The notes beneath the pieces are model-generated. The model ran no database searches. It saw only the letters and a list, made by a program, of their open reading frames with translations, and was not told where the DNA came from. From the NCBI RefSeq assembly GCF_037042905.1, contig NC_087250.1:13890001-13954000 (forward strand): 64,000 nt of DNA. Reading direction: 5' to 3'. Origin of the DNA: Lytechinus pictus (taxonomy: Eukaryota). Below, one piece after another: positions 58,930 to 64,000 of the stretch; the stretch's first letter is position 1; the number at the start of each line of letters is the position of its first letter. The position numbers were made by a program, and so were the translations under genes.

Positions 58930-58973
58930 TTAAATAATAATAAATTAATGATAATAGTAATAGCTGGATTTAA

Positions 58974-59727
58974 AGGGATGGTCCGGGCTGGAAATATATT
59001 TCAATAAATAGAGTATAATTCACAGAGCAAAATGCTGAAAACTTGATCAAATTCGGATAACAAATAAAGTTATTGAATAATCGCTAGAGGGTATTTGTCT
59101 CGCAATCTACTTTTTGCGAGAGTGATCACGAATTTCCTAGAAAGCTTGTGAACACTTTGCGAGAGTGATCACGAATTTCCTTGTTGACCACAGTAGATTG
59201 CGAGACAAATGAATACCCTCTAGCGATTATTTCAGTCCGCAATAATGAACCTATTTAGTATTAAAGTTATTGAATTTTAAAGATTTGCATTATTCCGGTG
59301 AAACACTTCTAGGCATGTCTTTATGAATATTTGTTAGGTGGGCTGGTGATGTCATATCCCCACTTGTTCTTTTGTATTCTATTATATGAAATTAGGTTTA
59401 TTTAAAATTTCTCTACCAAGAACTAAAACAATTGGATTGATAACTGATTGAGTGCATTAGTTATTTTTACTGCAACTTATTTCATCATAATGGAGACACA
59501 TCCTTTACACATGTATGAAAAAATGAAACATTTATGATTTCATGTAATATCATAAGAAAAAGGAAAGTGGGAATGTGACATCATCAGCCCACCTAATGAA
59601 TATTCATGACGATGTGCATATAACTGTTTTCACAAAATATTGATAAACTATAAAATTCAATAACTTTATTTGTTATCCGATTTTGATGAAAATTTAGATA
59701 TAAACATTTTCAGCCCGGACCATCCCT
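58974..59727. mobile_element. Kolobok-like MITE with an internal hairpin insertion
   Basis: ttaa|agggatggtccgggctg ... cagcccggaccatccct|ttaa. Confidence 0.85.
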
Positions 59728-59920
59728 TTAAAAATACATAATTGAAAGAGGTATGAAGTGAAAATATAGTAGACAGAAATGGTCGGTACTGTTTATATTT
59801 CACCTCTGCCATCACTAATTTTCTCTGCTATTTTTGCCTGGCACCGACTTGGCTCCCTCTAAAACTCGAGTCAAAAAAATATCAAAGAAAAAAGAATGGG
59901 GCTGCCTTACAGTTTTTTAA

Positions 59921-60500
59921 AGGGATGGTCCGGGCTGAAAATATTTATATCTTAATACATAGAGTAGAATTCACTGAGCAAAATGCCAAAAAATTTCATC
60001 AAAATCGGATAACAAATAATGAAGTTAGTGAAGTTTAAAGTTTAGCAATATTTTGTGAAAACAGTCATCATGAATATTCATTAGGTGGGCTGATGTCACA
60101 TCCCTACTTTCCGTTTTCTTATGTTATTACATAAAATCATATTTTTTTCATTATTTCATACTTGTGTGAATAATGTCTCCCTTATAATGAAATAAGTTGC
60201 AGCAATAAATATCTAATGCCCTGAATCAGTTGTAAATCCAATTTTTCTATTTATTGGAGGAGAAAAATTGAGTAAACCTAATTTCATATAATAAAATACA
60301 AAAGAACAAGTGGGGATGTGACATCATCAGCCCACCTAATGAATATTCATGACGACTGTTTTGACAAAATATTGCTAAAAACTTTAATATTCAATAACTT
60401 TGTTATTTGTTGTCCGATTTTGAAGAAATTTTCGGTATTTTGCTCAGTGAATTCTACTCTATTCATTAAGCTCTAAATACTTTCAGCCCGGACCATCCCT
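59921..60500. mobile_element. Kolobok-like MITE, inverted relative to 58974-59727
   Basis: Perfect TIR agggatggtccgggctgaaa; TTAA flanks. Confidence 0.85.
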
Positions 60501-61831
60501 TTAATGCAATAATTAAGGGGAGACAAATGCTGCCTTTATAGGGTTAGAGTTAGGATTGTAATAAGGTTTTTGGTTCAGAATAATGCCAATATAGGGATTA
60601 TGATTTATTTATGTTGAGATTAGATTTTATGTTTGGCTGAATGTGCAGATTTTGCCATTACCCCAAATGTGTCAATTCATACACAACCCAAAATGACGAT
60701 AAAAACGATTGAAAATCATACATCCCTTCATACTTACGTTGTCATTTTATTGTAATGTAAAAAAAAATGAAACACTTCTTTTGATGTATATATATGCAGG
60801 AAAACAGTTTAATCATGCATAGCAATTACCTCATACCAGAACCAAGAACAGCGCCCTGTTTTAGAAAAATATGATCAATGCTCTCTAACTATGGTAAACC
60901 AGCAGTGTCATTTCAACTATGGTAAGCCAGCAGTGTCACTTCCACTATGGTAAGCCAGAAAATGAAATGACATTCATATAAAAATGTAGAAAACAGAAAG
61001 TGAAAGTTTTCTTAAATGGAATTACATATTTTATCTGAATGATAAAAGGTGGGAATCTTACTTATCTATTGTACCAACCATACAGAAATGTTGTTAGCGC
61101 TAAAAGAGGCCCTGTTACAATCAATAATGTGGCGGCAAAGCCTAATGTTACATTTTCTTGTGCAATGAAATAAATGTTTTGACCATGTGACTGGGCTCAT
61201 TGTTAGCGCTGTTAGGCGAACAATGCGCAGCCGGCATTGGATTTCAGCGTACAATCGATGTAGAAATTTATTGGGTTTACTGGAAGGTTCTGCAACATAT
61301 CATTTACAAACGACTTGCTTTCAAATTGAAATTCATTTCAGAAAACAAATTTTCCTTCTGTAGCAAAAGAAAATTGAACCGTTTTCTAATTACTAATTTT
61401 AATTTCAAAAGCAAGTCATTTATCCAAGTGCAGGCATGTTCACATTGGGAAAAAGTTAGAAAAATGGATTAGGACCACTTCTGGTGAGCTAATAAAGTTT
61501 AAATCTGAAATCAAAATATTTGGATTTATTGGAAATATAACTGTGCATTCAGTTCTATTTATTTGAAGTATAAAACTGTATATAATTTTATAATGAACAA
61601 TTCCAGATATCAGTATCATTACTAGATATTCAATAATTAATTATAAAAAATGACAAATACATTGCACAACAAAATTTTAAACAATGCAGAGTTAAAACAG
61701 ATGGTATAGCTTGAAACATCTCTATCATTTAATTATCAAATACAAAATAACATTTTGTAATACTTGTCAGTCCAGTATTTTAATGTTTCATTTGTTTGCC
61801 AAGAATATCCCCATTGAAGGGGGGGGGGGAT

Positions 61832-62255
61832 GTTCAGTGTGTTCATAGTGTTGCACTAAGTGGTCAAAGTGTAAGTGTGTTGCAGAGTGTGTTTAGTGTT
61901 CACAGTGTTGCAGTGTGTTTAGTGTCCAAAGTGTAATCGTGTTGACAGTGTTGCACAGTGTATTTAGTGTCCACAGTGTAAGCGTGTTGCAGAGTGTGTT
62001 TAGTGTTCACAGTGTAAGCGTGTTGCAGAGTGTGTTCAGTGTTGCACAGTGTGTTTAGTGTCCACAGTGTAAGCACGTTGACAGTGTTGCAGAGTGTGTT
62101 CAGTGTTGCACAGTGTGTTTAGTGTCCACAGTGTAAGCGTGTTGACAGTGTTGCAGAGTGTGTACAGTGATCACAGTGTTTTTAGTGTCCACAGTGTTGC
62201 AGTGTGTTTAGTGTCCACAGTGCTGCAGTGTGGTCAAAGTGTTGCACTGTGTGGT
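61832..62255. repeat. Low-complexity agtgt-based tandem repeat
   Basis: cacagtgt/gcagagtgtgtttagtgt units. Confidence 0.85.
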
Positions 62256-63174
62256 AAAAGTGCATTCAAGGAACCAATCCTCCCAGGTACCCGAACCTGT
62301 CAACCTTCTACAACCCCAAAAAGGTATTCTTATAAGGAAAAAAAGTATTTTTTGACAAAAAAGAGTATATTTAAAAACTTGTCTCAACATAACAATCGCC
62401 AGCCTGTTGTAATGAGATCGGCGAAAGAACATGTGAAATGAATCAACTTGAAAACTTGATAATTCACCCTGTTAAACATGTGCTCGTAGGCAAGAATTTA
62501 CTTGTTCTTTTCATGCAACAAATTACTGGCCCGACAGTGATTTTTACCGGTCTGGGACTGTCGGACTGGCGCTAGTGTGGCGCGCTATGTATAATACATA
62601 CTCCATGATCAGAAATTATTTTATAAAGTAACAAGTCATACAAAAAAGTATTGGTGTATTTATAGCAAAAAAGAGGAACAAATACTCTAAAAAGGGAACA
62701 GTTGGCATGTCTGGGTACCCATTTACTTCCTCTAGGAAGTAAATTAATTAATTTATGTTTTATGAGACAATATTAATAATAGCTGGATCTTATGCAGCAC
62801 TTTTCCCATAACAGCTCAAACTGCTTTATTGCATATCATTACCCCGGTCATTGGATTAATTTCAATCCCACGTGAAAAGTGCACGATTTCCTTTCACTGG
62901 AGGGCATTCCTTGCATTCATCGCAGCCTCATAATGGCGCTGTCAAATTCAAACATACAATAATTTCCTTCAGCGAGATATTTATCCTCATTGTGCTGCAC
63001 TCAACCCAAGTGAGGTGAATGGGTACCCGGTAGGAAGAAATTCCTTGAATGCCTGAGCGCCTAAGCAGCCCGGGTAAAGCTGGGGTAATAATAATAGCAG
63101 GGCCCGCTGTTAAAACAGTTTTCAGAACTGAAGTGGCTTCCCTGGGTAAATATACCTATATTATAGGTTTTCCA

Positions 63175-63482
63175 GGTCAAATGTCCGCCGTGTCAGAGCA
63201 AGTGTCCGATTAGGTAATTCAAATGTCGATAGGGAATTCAAATGTCCCATTAACCAGAATTGTATCCCAATAGATGAATACAATGTCCTTAGGGAAGTCA
63301 AATGTCCGCACAATAGAATTCATTTTTTTATACGTAAATCAAATGTCCTAATAGGTAAATAAGATGTCCGTAGGGAATGCAAATATCCGTTCAATAGCAA
63401 TTGTTACATAATCATGCATGAATTAAGGCATCAAGTCGTACATAGGTAAATCAAATGTCGTTTAGATAATTCAAATGTCCAT
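63175..63482. repeat. Degenerate ~21-bp tandem repeat (caaatgtcc core)
   Basis: aaatgtcc-like core recurs more than 10 times. Confidence 0.7.
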
Positions 63483-64000
63483 TTGCTAAATGATGCTGAA
63501 AAGAGATTGAAATTTTCTTATAATGTATGACAAATGTACGCATTAAGTATCGAAATTCTGTTCAGTAGTAAAGATTATTCAAACAATAGGGTAAAACCAA
63601 TTACAATTTGGTTTATTGAAATAAAAAGGGGAAAAAATACTTGATCATTTGTTGAAAGCTTAACAGAAACAAACATGCTTCATACCAAGAGTGTAACATA
63701 AATAACATATTTATTTAAAATAATATGCGTTGAAATTGATTGTTATGTCTAAATATTTGTTCTCATCGAACATTGACAATGTAGGCATCACTCTGCTAGT
63801 CTTCCATATAGGGTCCAAAACAAGGTAAATAACAAATGATGAAAAAGATATGAAAAAATGAATAATTGTTAATAAAGAAGACAGAACCTTTGTTTGAATT
63901 AATTAAGGAATAAGAGGTACTTCTAATAAATCAAGGTTAGTTGCATAATGATGTTTTTTTAAGTACAAGAATTCGAAATACTATCCTGCCTGAGTGAGAC

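Overview
AT-rich, repeat-dense animal genomic DNA. The repeat families and gene style suggest an invertebrate deuterostome such as a sea urchin (inference). The window holds the 3' part of one + strand, intron-rich gene: a phospholipase C-like (PLCL1/PLCL2, PRIP family) homologue. I read 22 GT-AG exons by hand (9265-48698; 2490 nt, 829 aa + stop) with consistent phases, covering EF-hands, X box, X-Y linker, Y box, C2 and the PLCL-type C-terminal region. The PH-domain exons must lie upstream of the window. Three main points. (1) The splice acceptor plus first ~112 nt of the catalytic X-box exon has been amplified into a 20-unit, ~152-bp tandem array. Only the last unit is the complete exon, and three units carry a phase-compatible candidate donor. 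(2) About 10 of the 22 exons have adjacent partial copies of their own boundary. (3) Unlike vertebrate inactive PLCL proteins, this homologue keeps every canonical catalytic residue. The introns and 3' flank contain tRNA-derived SINEs, many non-autonomous TIR elements (3-bp, TA, TTAA, 6-bp and 8-bp TSD classes), a Helentron-associated-type element, hairpin-bearing elements and several minisatellites. No transposase, rRNA, true tRNA or CRISPR was found.
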